The notes: generated from the sequence alone by a model not told the origin. A stretch of 64,000 nt of DNA from Octopus vulgaris (GCA_951406725.2 OX597824.1:1612001-1676000), one strand, 5' to 3'; shown: positions 43,631 through 56,272, counted from the stretch's first letter. Made by a program: numbers and translations.

Positions 43631-44039
43631 GGATCTGAGGGATTAAGGTGGTCCCAGGAAACGTTTTTCTTTTACCCTATATTTTTCTTAAAATTTTTTC
43701 TATTGGAATGCAATAAAAGCAAAGAATGCCATTCATTATGGGAAATATTAACGAATGTCGATACGAAGTAAGAAAATGTTGTTTTTTTTTGTTCCTGCTA
43801 TGTAATTTGAAAGTGTTTCTGTCTCTTTGTCTTGGTATCAAATGATGGTTGCGAACGTGTTTCACCGTTGTACAAGCAGTGCCCTTTATTTCTAATCTAC
43901 TGTGAAAACAGGAAACATGTCTAGCCATGGGAAAATATTACTTTTCTCCAAATTAAGTGTTGGTGATAGAGAGGGTATCATGCCTTAGAGATTTGCTTTA
44001 CCGTCTGAATTTATGAAGTAAGTGTATATTTCAAAAATT

Positions 44040-44497
44040 AATCCCGAAACTCGATTTCTGTTGTCCAGAGTTATTCGCTTTCTCTTTGATTTTCCATGAG
44101 ATATTCACATCAGTTGCACAGCTGATCACTATGACCGTACTGTCCTCTTGTTCGACTCAAATAACAATATCAGACCTGTTATGGTTACACTTCACAGGTG
44201 TTTTGATGGGAATGTTCCACCTGTATTCCTTCTGAGGGTATTTGTGTACACATTCAATAACAGGGCGGGGGTTCTCTGTACTTATTCCAGGACAGTCTTT
44301 TCCCCAATGACATTGTATGTTGTTTTAGTGACAACGTCGTGTCCAATATGGAGGTAGTACCCGGAGGACAATTCGGGACAGCTGCTAAGCACATGTCTGA
44401 TGTTTTCCTCAGACATATGACATATTCTACCTTTTCGGTGGCATTTTGGAACTCGAGAGGCTTTAATGTCTCTTTTGTTGATTAAGTATCTGTCCAT
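44040..44497 (-). mobile_element. Dong/R4 LINE zinc-knuckle and restriction-like endonuclease fragment
   Basis: RICHMSEENIRHVLSSCPELSSGYYLHIGHDVV, then WNIPIKT..CNHNRSDIV..ISCATDVNI..KIKEK. Confidence 0.8.
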
Positions 44498-44768
44498 CTA
44501 TCTATCCATCTATCCATCCATCCATCCATTTAACTGAAAGATAATTCGATGCGTCACCTAAAGTGAAATGCTTATACTTCGCCTGAGGATTGACAGTATC
44601 ATTTGTATTGACTTCTCTCTAAAAGGACTTCTAAACGCTTTGAGTTGGGTCTTTATGAAAGGTGCCCTAAAATTTTATATATACAAGACATTTTACTGTT
44701 GTAAAACACTTGTATCAATGTCAGATATTTATATTCGTATTTTACGATACTTTATCGACCATAATATT

Positions 44769-44950
44769 CTTTTCTTCTCTTGGCACAAGGTCGTAAATTT
44801 CGGTGGAGTGGGGGCGGTCAATTACGCAACTGGTACTTAAATTATCGACCGCCGAAAGGATGAAAGGCAAAGTCGAGCTCGGCAGAATTTGAACTCAGAA
44901 CGTTAAGGCAGACGAAAGACCCTTAAGCATTTCGCCCAACGTGAATTCAG
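44769..44950 (-). mobile_element. Meta-like SINE with 13-bp TSD
   Basis: TSD CGACCATAATATT at 44756-44768 and 44951-44963. Confidence 0.85.
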
Positions 44951-44977
44951 CGACCATAATATTAAAACAAAGTTAAC

Positions 44978-45171
44978 GCGGCGATCTGGCAGAAACGTTA
45001 GCACACCGGGCGAAATATATTTACGTTCTGTGTTCAAATTCCGCCGATGTCGACTTTGCCTTTCATCCTTTCGGAGTCGATAAATTAAGTACCAGTTGCG
45101 TACTGAGGTCGATCTAATAGAATGCCCGCCCCTCCAAAGTTTAGGGCATTGTGCCTAGAGTAGTAAAGAAT
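44978..45171 (+). mobile_element. Meta-like SINE
   Basis: Head, core and tail present. Imperfect TSD aatattaaaa(c/g)aaag(t/g)ta. Confidence 0.85.
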
Positions 45172-45539
45172 ATTAAAAGAAAGGTATAAAAATATATATG
45201 TGTGTGTGTATGTGTGTGTCTGTATGTCTGTGTGTGTGTATTTGCGTGTATGTTTTTGTATGTAGTTTGGCTGTTTTTATAGATACAAGCAGTGTTTAAG
45301 TGTTTACATCCGATTCTTAAGTATTGTGTACACATTGTGTGTTACGCAAGCAATTTGCTTTTAAATAATACATTAGTTTCCGTTAAGCGAATGAGACAAG
45401 TCTACTTTACATCCACCGGTTTTAACAACAGACTTTTTGTTTCTTTGTCAGTTAAAATGCAATCGAGCGATATTGTTTGGAAAGAAGTGAAAGATAAAAT
45501 GTCATTCACCCAGGAATCGTTGACGTGATGATGTCTCTG

Positions 45540-46000
45540 ATTTATAAACATCTTAAGTTTATTATTTTGTATTCTTTTACAGTTTCCCCTGTTCCGCTCA
45601 ATTCTGAGAAAACTGGCGGCGACTCCTTCCAGTTTGTGTTCTTACTATTTCTGCATTTATTCAAAATCGCACATTCTACCCAATCTCCAGTAAACTAACT
45701 TGCTACGTTATCATTCTTCCATCTCTATTCCTCTTGGGCCAGTTTCCTACACTCTCTTACAATATGCGAGACTGCTTCCTGTTTTGCAACACATCCTACA
45801 AAGGAGCAATTAACTACTCTTATCTGTTTGGAATTTGATGCATTTAGCTCTCAGAGCTTGTCCCTGGGTGCTTCATTTCGATGCTTCGGTGCATCCATTC
45901 AGATCCCTATTGCTTAGCCGCCTCCATCTGTTGGTCTTTTCTTTTCCTTCCTTTTTTCAGAGATATTGCCCTCATATTGTTTTAATTTCTCAGTTGTCTA
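45540..46000 (-). mobile_element. Degenerate Dong/R4 LINE fragment
   Basis: EAVSHIVRECRKLAQEE*RWKNDNVAS (compare E...HIVS.C.KLAQ.EY..RHD.VA). Confidence 0.6.
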
Positions 46001-46071
46001 ATCTTTGTTCTCCACCTTGATTCTTAAATGATTTTGGAGGTGTCACATTTTCACAAGGTATCGGGTTGCTA

Positions 46072-46610
46072 TTTAGTTAGTTAGTTAGTTAATTAGGCCC
46101 AAAAGCAAATAGCAAGGCCATGTAGGGGGACATGGAGTTAAGTACAGGGTGGTGTTCATGTAAAGAACATTTCTATCAGCGACAAGCAAAGGTTCAATCT
46201 ATTGTTTGAAATATCATCCCAGCCTGTTTTCCTCATTGACAATCCATGACGCGGCATCCTCTGAAACCTCGTCCTCCTTCTTGTCTGGACACATACAGTA
46301 TATCGCTTTGGTTAAAGATGATTAATAAAACCCCCAGGTTCCCAGAGTTGAATTATCCAAATCCCAAAGAATTCCTCTCAAAACACAGTTATGATGTTCC
46401 CTCCACTACTTCTGCTCATGATCAGAGTTGCACTTATCGTCAACCACTAAGAGACATGCTCAAATGGTTAAGGTCAAACAAATTAGTAGCAAATCTATGG
46501 TACTGAGCAGAATATTTGTTGTAGACCATATTTTATACCAAGGCAAAATATGTACGGGATAACACTCCTAATTAGTTAAAATCAAAAGTCATGAGAGCTA
46601 TAATGAAGCC
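46072..46610 (-). mobile_element. Probable LINE/SINE 3' end with (CTAA)n tail
   Basis: (TTAG)n tract at 46072-46092 abuts a non-microsatellite block. Family not identified. Confidence 0.35.
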
Positions 46611-46657
46611 CTCTGGTTTTAATTATTCCAGATGCATCAAAACATTTATGGATCTGT

Positions 46658-46659
<2 letters not shown>

Positions 46660-46741
<82 letters not shown>
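46660..46741. repeat. (TATC)n microsatellite
   Basis: Pure array. Confidence 0.95.
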
Positions 46742-46977
46742 TTATTTATTTCTCTCTCTCTCACACAGGCAAACATTCTCATACACACACCCACACGTGC
46801 ACAGTCGCGAGCGCACACACGCATAAACACAGTTAAGTGTACACAAACACAAAAATGTTACACATCCTTTGGTTTACATAACTTCACTTAATAACAAAAT
46901 GATTACAACAGACGGATACAAGTGTTGACAAGTGTTATATTGCTCTCATGTAATGTTTATCTTCCTTTATATAAGAA

Positions 46978-47483
46978 CTAGCAGTATCGCCCGGCGTTGC
47001 TCGGGTTTGTAAGGGAAATAACTATATAAGCATTTTTAGAGAGTTACTTCCCTTATAAATTCGGGCTTTCTTAGCCATTTTTGTTTTGGTGTCTTCAAGC
47101 CATGAAGTCGTTGTTCTAAAAGAACGCTGGTTTCCTTCACAACGCATTACGACGTTGATTTCTTTACACTCCCTTCCCCACAGCTTCACGAGAGAGGGAA
47201 GGGGGAGAAGCAAACAGGTACAGCTGTGAGCGTGGACGCCAACTCCGCCGCCATCGACATACGATGCATTTTATGCATTAAAATGGAATAAAAAATGATG
47301 TTAAATTATTTTTAAAATCGTAGACTCATCGTTGACGCGCGCTAATAGTCAGACGGGCTCGATATGAATCACGACTATAAGATACCCGAATTTAGTTAAA
47401 CTGCACCGCAAAATGTGGGAGGAGTTAGGAATCTAAATCGAAGGGGACAGACACTCACACAACTACAGTTTTATATATATAGA
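46978..47483 (-). mobile_element. Non-autonomous Helitron (506 bp)
   Basis: Minus strand A|TCTATATATATAAAACTG ... CCCGAGCAACGCCGGG (subterminal hairpin) CGATACTG CTAG|T; no TSD. Confidence 0.88.
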
Positions 47484-48067
47484 TATCCTGAATCTAACTC
47501 ACAACGTTTCGTATTATCTTCAATTTCTTACATAATACACGAATAATTGCATTTTGTAGCAAGCAACAGACATACGACATGTATTTAAATAGCTTCACAC
47601 ACAGGAACACACGCACGCCCACACACGCAAACCCTCGCGCACAATACACACACACACACACGCACACACACAAACACAAATGTGTGTGTGTGCACGCGCG
47701 TGTATAGTTTTTTTGTCAACTCTTTATTTATTCCAACGAATATAAACTTCCCGTCTCTGTGTATACAATGAACTCGTTGAGAGGAAGAGGGAACAGAGAA
47801 AGCTGTATAAATGCCTATTGTAACGCATTTCCTAAGCCATATCCTCCATCTTTTATTAGTTTCTTTCATTAGACTGCAGCCTGGCCGGGCCCTGCCTGAG
47901 GAATTTTAACCAAATGAGTCGACCCTGGTGGTTGTTTTTCATGCTGCCCCTTACTCTATCGTTGTTGTTTTGCCAGTCTGCTGTTTTTGTTGGACACAAA
48001 CACTTCAACACCGGTATTCATGTGCCGGTGAATGATAAACGTAGACATATGCGTATGTACATCCATT

Positions 48068-48118
<51 letters not shown>

Positions 48119-48290
48119 ACATATCTATATATATATATATTCATACATATATATATATATATATATATTTATACATACGCATAATATATATATATACCCA
48201 CACTCACACACACATATATATTTATACACACTCATATACGCAAAGTACAAATATATATGCGCGCGCGCATACACGCACATACACATATAT

Positions 48291-48880
48291 ACGTGGTCTG
48301 ATCAATATTATCCGGACTATTGAAAGTTGTCATGGCGACACCTGCTCAGAGGCCTACGCAAAGTTGTAGAAAGTATATGGTGAGGAGTGCATGAGCGACA
48401 CGCAAGTGTACGAGCGGTTCAGACGTTTCCAAGATGCCCCCAAAAATGAAGACCCGCAACCAGCAGAACTGAGAAAAACATCGCAGATGTATATGAAACT
48501 GTGAGGGGAAATCGTCGGATCACCATCCAAGAGTTATCAGAGGATGTGTAGTTCAGTTACGGTTCAGTTCAGTCCATTATCACTGAAGATTTGTGTAGTA
48601 GACGCGTGTCTTCCAAATTTGTGTCAAAATTGCTTTCAGCTGACTAAAAATACCTCCGGTTTTCAGTTGTACAAGATCTCCAGATTCTCTGCTCAACTTT
48701 CTCTGTTAATGCGACGATCACACGCTACACACCTTCCTTCCAACCGCTGCTGTAAACAGCGGAAGTGAGCTAGAACGTTAAAACTTAGTGTGCATCTACA
48801 GCAGAGTTGAAGTTCAAGTGCACGAAGCGCCTCCACTCTGTGCCTTAGCTTCGTTACTATGGCATCAGCTCGGATATAGT
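48291..48880 (+). mobile_element. Non-autonomous mariner derivative (same family as 6550-7372)
   Basis: TA|CGTGGTCTGATCAATATTATCCGGACT left TIR; HTH remnant ..NRRITIQELSED..GSVQSIITEDL..RVSSKFVSKLLSAD. Confidence 0.8.
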
Positions 48881-49300
48881 TCAAATTTATAGAAAAACAA
48901 CAGACGAAGACAGGTGTAGGAACAACAAGTAGCTGTATTAAACGCTGAGGAAAATGGAAGTCTTTTACGTTTGGGGCCCAGAAAGGAATAAGGAAAAAAA
49001 TGAAAATAATGTAGAGGGAAAAACTGTGTAGAAATAAAGAAGAAAAAAGGTCGAGAAAAATAGATGAAAGATAAAAAGAAGAGAGAATAGGGAAGTTGTT
49101 AACGTACGGCATTTAACACTTCAGAAAGTTGAAAAGTCATGGTAGATTAGAGCGATTTACATGGACAAAAATAGCGAGCGAGATCCTTGAAGGTAGAGAC
49201 CAGAAGAGAAAGAAGATCCAGTGGTAATCTGGGTGGAGAGCTAGTATGTGAATGAGGAGAGGTACGGAATGGTCGGGAAGTGGTTAAGATATGCAAGTCC
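48880..49300 (-). mobile_element. PLE terminal-repeat remnant
   Basis: AAACAACAGACGAAGACAGGTGTAG..ACAACAA is homologous to about 4488-4545. Confidence 0.45.
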
Positions 49301-49499
49301 AAATATATATAAGGGCTTTTTTCAGTTTCCATCCTCTAAATCCACTGATAAGACATTGATCGACCGTAAGCTCGCACAGGTGCCACAAAGGCAGTTGGAC
49401 TGAACGTGGAATCATGTTCTTGGGAAGCCGTCACTTTACCACACAGCCACGCCTGCGCCAGGAAATATCCATCTATCTATCTGTCTATCTATCACTGGG

Positions 49500-49830
49500 C
49501 ACTCTATACCCATTTCTTTTATATTCCTCTTGATGTCTTCAGATACTGTTCCCAAGAACCCAACAATAATTGGCACTATCTTCACCTTCTTCATTTTTCA
49601 TAGCAGGGCTATTCCACACTTAAGGGGGTTGTATTTATATACTTTTTCGCCTTCCTTATTGACTGTTCGAGGGTCAAAAGGACACGCAACTGTAGCTATA
49701 TACCACATGTGCTGCATCGTGTCCTCCACCACTAGGTCCGGTCTCTTATGCTCTAGCACCTGATCTGTTTGGATTGGGAAACCCCAGAGAATTTTTCAAG
49801 TCTCCGACTACTCCACTGTTTGCGGTTTGT
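49500..49830 (-). mobile_element. Dong/R4 LINE restriction-like endonuclease fragment
   Basis: ILWGFPIQTDQVLEHKRPDLVV..VACPFDPRTVNKEGEKVYKY..VKIVPIIVGFLGTV. Confidence 0.85.
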
Positions 49831-50912
49831 TGTTGTTATTATATTATTTTTATTCTTATTCTTATTGAAACACTCTGTGATCCAAACCCACATTGTCTAC
49901 TAAGTATTTCTCAGCTTTTAAGAAATTAAAAGATGCAGGACAATTAGACTATTATGTATTTCAGATCGAGCGTAGATGTAAGAGAATTGATGGGGGTAGA
50001 TGGGGGTGGAAGAAGACATAATCACATAGCACACTAAGATCAATGGTATTCGTCCTTCCAGATTTAATGTTCCAATCACGCTTAAATGCATCTCAATTTT
50101 CATATGTCGAACAGGTCAAGCGTACAGGTGTCATGGCAGGAAAATGGCGGAGTAGCGGAAACGATAGAGATTCACTAAATATCAATAAATATTGTACTTA
50201 CATCTTATATTTATAAGAGATTGAATTGACCTACAAAGGTCAATTATAATATTCGAATAGACATGCCTGACCATATAACAGTCTACCAATCTAAGAAGGC
50301 GTTATTACACAGGATGGTAGCTCACTGCGACTTTAATTTGCTTTCCCTATCATTCCATCATTGTCAAGGACACGCATGCCTAATCATCGCCTTGTGATGG
50401 TGTGTGATTTTCTCATTGACCTTCAAAGTGTATCTGTCTAATGGAAAACACTGCTTCAAATAGTAACACAATCAAATTACTATAAAAAGATATCGTTTAT
50501 GTATCATAATTCCAATAAGTGAATTGGTAATAATCCAAGATGGTGGAAATGTAAGGCGAAGAAAATAAGCAATTATTCTCTAAAGCAATAATAATTTCTC
50601 GTTTATGAGAAGATTTGAATACAATTGAAACGTTTCTGTCTTAAACACTAGTTTTGTGTTGTTGTTGTTGTTCGCATAATATACTTCCTAAGAACGGTTA
50701 ACAATGTTTCGCAACAGAATTTATATAACGGAAATTATATTCTGAATAAAGTTATTAAATAACTGTAGGAAGTTTTAATATATCAAACTTTGTAAACAAC
50801 ATTGGCGTAAACAGACACTGACAAATATACACATACATATGTGTATGTATGAATATTGTGTACGTTTTGTACATATGTATACACTCACAAATATATATAT
50901 ATATACGCATAA

Positions 50913-50951
<39 letters not shown>

Positions 50952-52540
50952 GTAACCGTGAAGGGAAAAATGATAACGTCTAGTGAAGTTCGTTCAAATA
51001 TTTATTGGAAGGTGAAATCTTTCCACATATGTTGTATTTTCGGTCTACAGAGCTGCATTTTAAATGCGACGTAAGAACGCTAGTTAACAATTCTTAGTTT
51101 AAAATTATTTATGCACGTAGATATGGATGGAATGCGTTGAATAAAATATGCATGTATAGAAAATGTAGGTTGAGGAATATAGAAATGTAAATAGAGGGAT
51201 AGGCTATGAATGTTTTATCCGGCAGAGCAGCAAACTTCAATTTACTATATAAGAAGCGTGCAAGCGTAGCGTAACAGATTAACTTGAAGGAAAATGCGGT
51301 TTTTAAGGGAAAGAATTCTCAAGTTGTTGATGAAAGAAGCAGAAGAATGGCAGCGTGATCAAAAAGTTTGGGAGAACCTAAAGGCGTTTAACCCAATCTC
51401 GATTTGGGTCTTTATAACAGAAAAGACAACTAAACACGTCTTTGAAAAGGTGGAGGTTCTGGATCCAAATTACTTGGTATTCAGTTACACTGAAATGATT
51501 CTGGTTACTAACAGAAATCAAAATCTATTCATTAGACTTATAATAATGGCTGGAAGTCTTATATACAATTATTAGGTGGATGATAATAGCTAACTTTACA
51601 AGTACATATATATATATATAAGTAATATATATATATAAATTTGACATGGGCGACTCTTTCTTGTCTTGAGATTGACGGCTGTCAACGGCTGAGTGAAAAA
51701 TTACACGGATGTGTAGAAAGATCAGGTGGTGATGCTGGGCTTTGTATTTTTTCATAGCTCCCATGGTTACAGAGATAAACTACTCTAATGATACTCTAGT
51801 GTTTATGAATGAGAAAGGAAGGGGTGATAGATGGATAAGGAAGGGAGGGGTGAATGTTTGAACTCTGTGTGAATATATGTGTGTATGTAAAAGGAGGGTA
51901 TGTGAATATGCGTGTGTGCGTGTGTGTTTGTGAGCGCAAACAAAGTGGGCTGGTTCCTCTTTGTTCGTTAAGTATTTGGGCTTAATTTTTGATTTGGTTG
52001 AATCTTGGTTGGTCCTTTTTACTGGTCAGTTATTCTTAGTGTTTTGATAGAGAAAAGTTATTCTAAAATTGTTTTTTTAACGTAAGCATGCCCAAAAATG
52101 CCGAATACTTACACAGAGCAGGTTTTACAGCCACATCATCCAAACCGACCGAGTGAAACCGGGTTTAGGTGGTAGTATGTATGTATATATATATATAATA
52201 GCCAAAGACAGAACAGTGTCAGAAACTGAGTAAGGAAATCTGTTTTTGCTCTGACTGCAAAGTCTATTCTACTAATAGGCCGTATAAATTATATACTAAA
52301 TAATGTACTCCACGCCCACTCATATTGTTGATTACTTAAAACTCCACTTTTGTGTAAATTACTCAACAATTTAGGATATAATTCCTCATAATTTTCAATG
52401 ATTAAGCACGTTGCTATTCTATTTTAGACCCATGAAATAATTTGTGTCCGTTCTTTTCTTTTACCGAGATAGAAATATACCAGAAATACCGTTTCCAACT
52501 GAGATTTCCTTCTATGCATATTAATATTCATGCTTCATAA

Positions 52541-52990
52541 GGTGGCGTGCTAGCAGAATCGTTAACTCGTCGGAAAAAAGGGTCAATGGCCTTTCGTCCG
52601 TCCTTAACTTTAAATTCCGCCGAGGTCGACAGTCAGGCTTTCGGGGTAGATAGAATAATACCTATTTCTTTATTACCCACAAGGGGCTAAACACAGAGGG
52701 GACAAACAAGGACAGACATAGGTATTAAGTCGATTATATCGACCCCAGTGCGTAACTGGTACTTAATTTATCGACCCCGAAAGGATGAAAGGCAAAGTCG
52801 ACCTCGGCGGAATTTGAACTCACAACGTAACGCAGACGAAATACCGTAAAGCATTTCGCCCGGCGTGCTAACGTTTCTGCCAGCTCGCCGCCAACATAGA
52901 TAGAATAATACCAGTCGAGGACTGGTGCGGATATAATCGGCTTATGCCGTTTCCTGAAATTGCTGGCCTTGTGCCAAAAATTTGAAATCA
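52541..52990 (+). mobile_element. Older Meta-like SINE interrupted by a younger SINE
   Basis: Head at 52541-52662; tail resumes at 52913 (..TGCTGGCCTTGTGCCAAAAATTTGAAA). Confidence 0.8.
52663..52896 (-). mobile_element. Young full-length Meta-like SINE with alternative 3' tail and 16-bp TSD
   Basis: Perfect TSD TAGATAGAATAATACC at 52647-52662 and 52897-52912. Confidence 0.92.
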
Positions 52991-53039
52991 CGATTACTGT
53001 ATTATATAAATAAAGGATAAAGACCGCGCCCACCACCAC

Positions 53040-53335
53040 ATCGGTAATGAATGACCATGGAATTGCACCTAGAGTGTTACCTTGCGAGGCACAAATCCGG
53101 GCAAGGTTGTTTATGGAAGACGATCAGTCGCTCATGCATACCAGCCTCCCTTCTCCAAGGGAAATGCCGATACGGTTTGATACCAGTGATGTCGCAACTT
53201 ATCTCAACAGCTAAGTGAACTGAAGCAACGTGAAATAACGTGTCTCGCTCAAGATCACACAATATACATCCCAGTACTGGAATCGAACTCCTCGCTAGAG
53301 CCTGACGCCCTGATCACTAAGCCATGTACCTTCAC
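53040..53335 (-). mobile_element. tRNA-derived SINE of a third family
   Basis: Minus strand GGCTTAGTGATCAGGGCGTC..GAGTTCGATTCCAG..TCTTGAGCGAGACAC..GTTGCTTCAGTTCACTTAGCTG, then a distinct tail. Confidence 0.6.
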
Positions 53336-53370
53336 AATATATAACATCAATATTAAACATATTTCGGATA

Positions 53371-53585
53371 GTAACGAGCTGGCAGAACCATTTCCGCGCC
53401 CGACAAAATGGTTTGCGTCATTTCTTCCAGTGTTTCTTTTATATTCTATGATCAAAGGCCACCCAGGTCGACTTTGCCTTTCATCCTTTCGGGATCGATA
53501 AAATAATCACTTGTTGGGCACTGGAGACGATGTAATCCACATGCAGTCTCCTTAAAATAGCTGGCTTCGTGTGAAAATTAGAATG
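53371..53585 (+). mobile_element. Meta-like SINE
   Basis: GAGCTGGCAGAA..GGTCGACTTTGCCTTTCATCCTTTCGGGATCGATAAAATAA. Confidence 0.8.
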
Positions 53586-54988
53586 TGAATATATCTATTG
53601 GTGCAGGTCGGTGAATTAGCAGAACCATCACAACATCGATGCTTAGTTAAAGTCCTTTACGTTCTGAGTTCAAATGACATAATTTTCAAATTTGATGCTC
53701 GATATAACAAAATATCAATTAACCCCGTTGTCCATATATTTAACTGTTTGTCTCACATCAATTTAAATCTTATCTCTATGAAACAAATCGATATTTTATA
53801 TGTATATATAATTCTGCATATAACTATATTATTACACTCATACATATATCAATATATATATGTCATATATATATATATATATATGTCTGCGATTCATCAA
53901 ACGTGTTCTATTATCTCTGAAATGGAATTTAAGTGCAATAGCATTCAATGAATGATGTAAATATCGCACTGATTTCCTTTCCACTACGCTTACGGCAAAA
54001 TTTCGTAAGGGAAGGCATTCTTCTATTTAAAGTCATTTTAATAACTTTCAAAGTAGACTCTAATGTAAAAAGTCCTGATTGACATTCGTGAAATATGAAC
54101 GGAAAGTGTACAGCATCGTGAGTAATTAGTGAAAGGTAATTATTTCGCCATTCTTGTACTAATGCCAAGCCTCTGTTGTTTCTGACTTTATCATTGATTT
54201 TATACGGCATTTCAATGGCTGTTAATAACTGAGATGCTGGTGGGGTCAATCCACTTTTGACAATCTGCTGAAGATAGTTTCTATCTTCTGCTCAAAAGGG
54301 AAGGCAGAGATTATGATTCTTTACTCACCTGCACCCCAGAGACGGGTGAAAGTGACTGGAGAAGGGATTCTGAAATCCTAGCCCTAAAGATAGTGCTTGC
54401 AAAAGTGTGAACTTCGTTCAGTTTGCGCAAGTTAACAGCCGGTTGTTTTTAATGAAGCAATGAACAGGTTACGGCAGGATTCGAACTACGAGCATAACAA
54501 ATAGGGATCAAATACCGTAAGGCATTTAATACAACTAGAAAGAAATTTTTACAATTACAAAAATTGCAATATTATGAATATCCGAAAGGACAGAAGGCAA
54601 GGATTGAGCTTTTTGTGACTTGAATCCCGAGAGCAAAGAATTAGATCCTGTAAAGCAAGGTGATTAATTAGATTCTGACATTCTATCACCGTGTTTGGTT
54701 TGCTACATTTTTATCGATCTAGAAATTATCAAAAGCATAGTTTGATCACCGTAAGATTTGAACCCATCGCGAATAGTCGGAACAAATATTATGTGATATT
54801 ACATTCGACGTTTTAACAATTCCACCAGTTTGCTGCCTAATATTCCTCGTGGAATCTCTTTTAAATTACACATGTTTATGTCTTCCAAAAGAAAGGCTAT
54901 AATGAATAATATTTTCTTGATAAAGAAAATAATATCTGATAAAGAAAATGGATGGTCTAATCGGAATATTACTAATCATGGACCTCAA

Positions 54989-55200
54989 GGCGGTGAGCTG
55001 GCAGAATCGTTAACGCGCTGTACGAAATGCTCAGCGGTATATCGCCTGTCACTACGTTCTGAGATCAAATTCCGCCGAGGTCGACTTCGCCTTTCATCAT
55101 TTCGGGGTCGATAAAATAAATACCAGTTGACCACTGAGGTCGATGTAATCGACTCATCTCCACCTCCCCCAAGCTGCCCTTGTGGAAAATTTTGAAATCC
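54989..55200 (+). mobile_element. Meta-like SINE
   Basis: GGCGGTGAGCTGGCAGAATCGTTA..GCCTTTCATCATTTCGGGGTCGATAAAATAAATACCAG. Confidence 0.85.
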
Positions 55201-56238
55201 TTATTAATCGTAGATCTACATGATCAGGACTGTTCTTATAGTTTAAAGGTCTCAGTCTATTGTTTCTCTAAAAAGGAACACCAACTTTATTTCCGTTTTT
55301 GAGTATAAATCCCAGGGGAAATGATGTGATGAGCCGAGTTGAGAGGCTTTTGTATAAAATATACGAAAACATAGTCTTCAGATATGTTACTAAAACGTGA
55401 ATCAACTTTATTCATACGAAGCTACACTAAATCATTTTACAGTGATTTGAGACAAAACCTACCACCGCCATCAAAAGCGCTGCCATAACAACAAACATAA
55501 AACTCATCACAAATGCAGTCACCAGAACGTTATTATCAGAACCATCAGAATCTCTAGTACAACCACCATGACTTATATTTCCACTCAGTTAATAAGCATT
55601 CAATATAGGGCCTGACGACAGAGCCAGTAAAGGGCAAATGTTTTCTCAAATAACATCATCAGTTTTAGAATAGAAGGCATTATGTAGTTGTGTTCTCTTC
55701 ACAAATGAAACAAGAGCACGACTACAATGCTCATTCTGCTTGTTAGAGTTGACCTGGAACCCAACAACAATGGTCTTTCTGTATTATATTTACGGACGAA
55801 CAGGATTTGGAGACAAACATTTCATTAAATTAAATGTAATGCAGCCATTATTTTAGATCAAGACGACTCTTATCTAAGCATGTTTTAGACTAATGTATCA
55901 TTAGTGCAAACTGCTTTCGTGTTCAAGTGTTTTTGATAATCTAGACGGGAGCGATGTGTCTCACCTAAAACAATGCTGTTTGTGGATTTTATTCGGATTA
56001 TAGATATGTTTTCAAAGAAATAGATTAATAACAGAATGGGTCTGAGAGAATGTACTGCAGAATTACTTCGCTGTAAGGATTAATTTTACAGCCGTATATA
56101 TGCTCTAAGCTTTTCTTTGTCTCTCTAGAAAGTACCACTACTTTCAGAAATGTGTAATGGAATAAATGATATTCATAGCGTTACCAATGGCAGGAGCATA
56201 TGTGGAGTAAAATGGTTCGAATCGAAATGAAAATATGA

Positions 56239-56272
56239 GATACAGTAAGATTCCTTTGAATCTTACTGTATC
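56239..56272. repeat. Perfect 15-bp hairpin with 4-nt loop
   Basis: GATACAGTAAGATTC-CTTT-GAATCTTACTGTATC. Confidence 0.85.

Larger units (their letters stand above)
47870..49455 (-). mobile_element. CORE-like SINE split by nested insertions
   Basis: Degenerate tail at about 47870-48040 and head at about 49310-49455 (TTCAGTTTCC..AAATCCACT..GGTGCCAC..ACCACACAGCCAC). Confidence 0.55.

Noticed and set aside
54322-54400. Consensus splice donor CAG|GTGAGT on the minus strand (also one on plus near 2280)
   Set aside because: Adjacent frames give no recognisable peptide, and isolated donors are expected by chance. A small exon cannot be excluded without RNA-seq.
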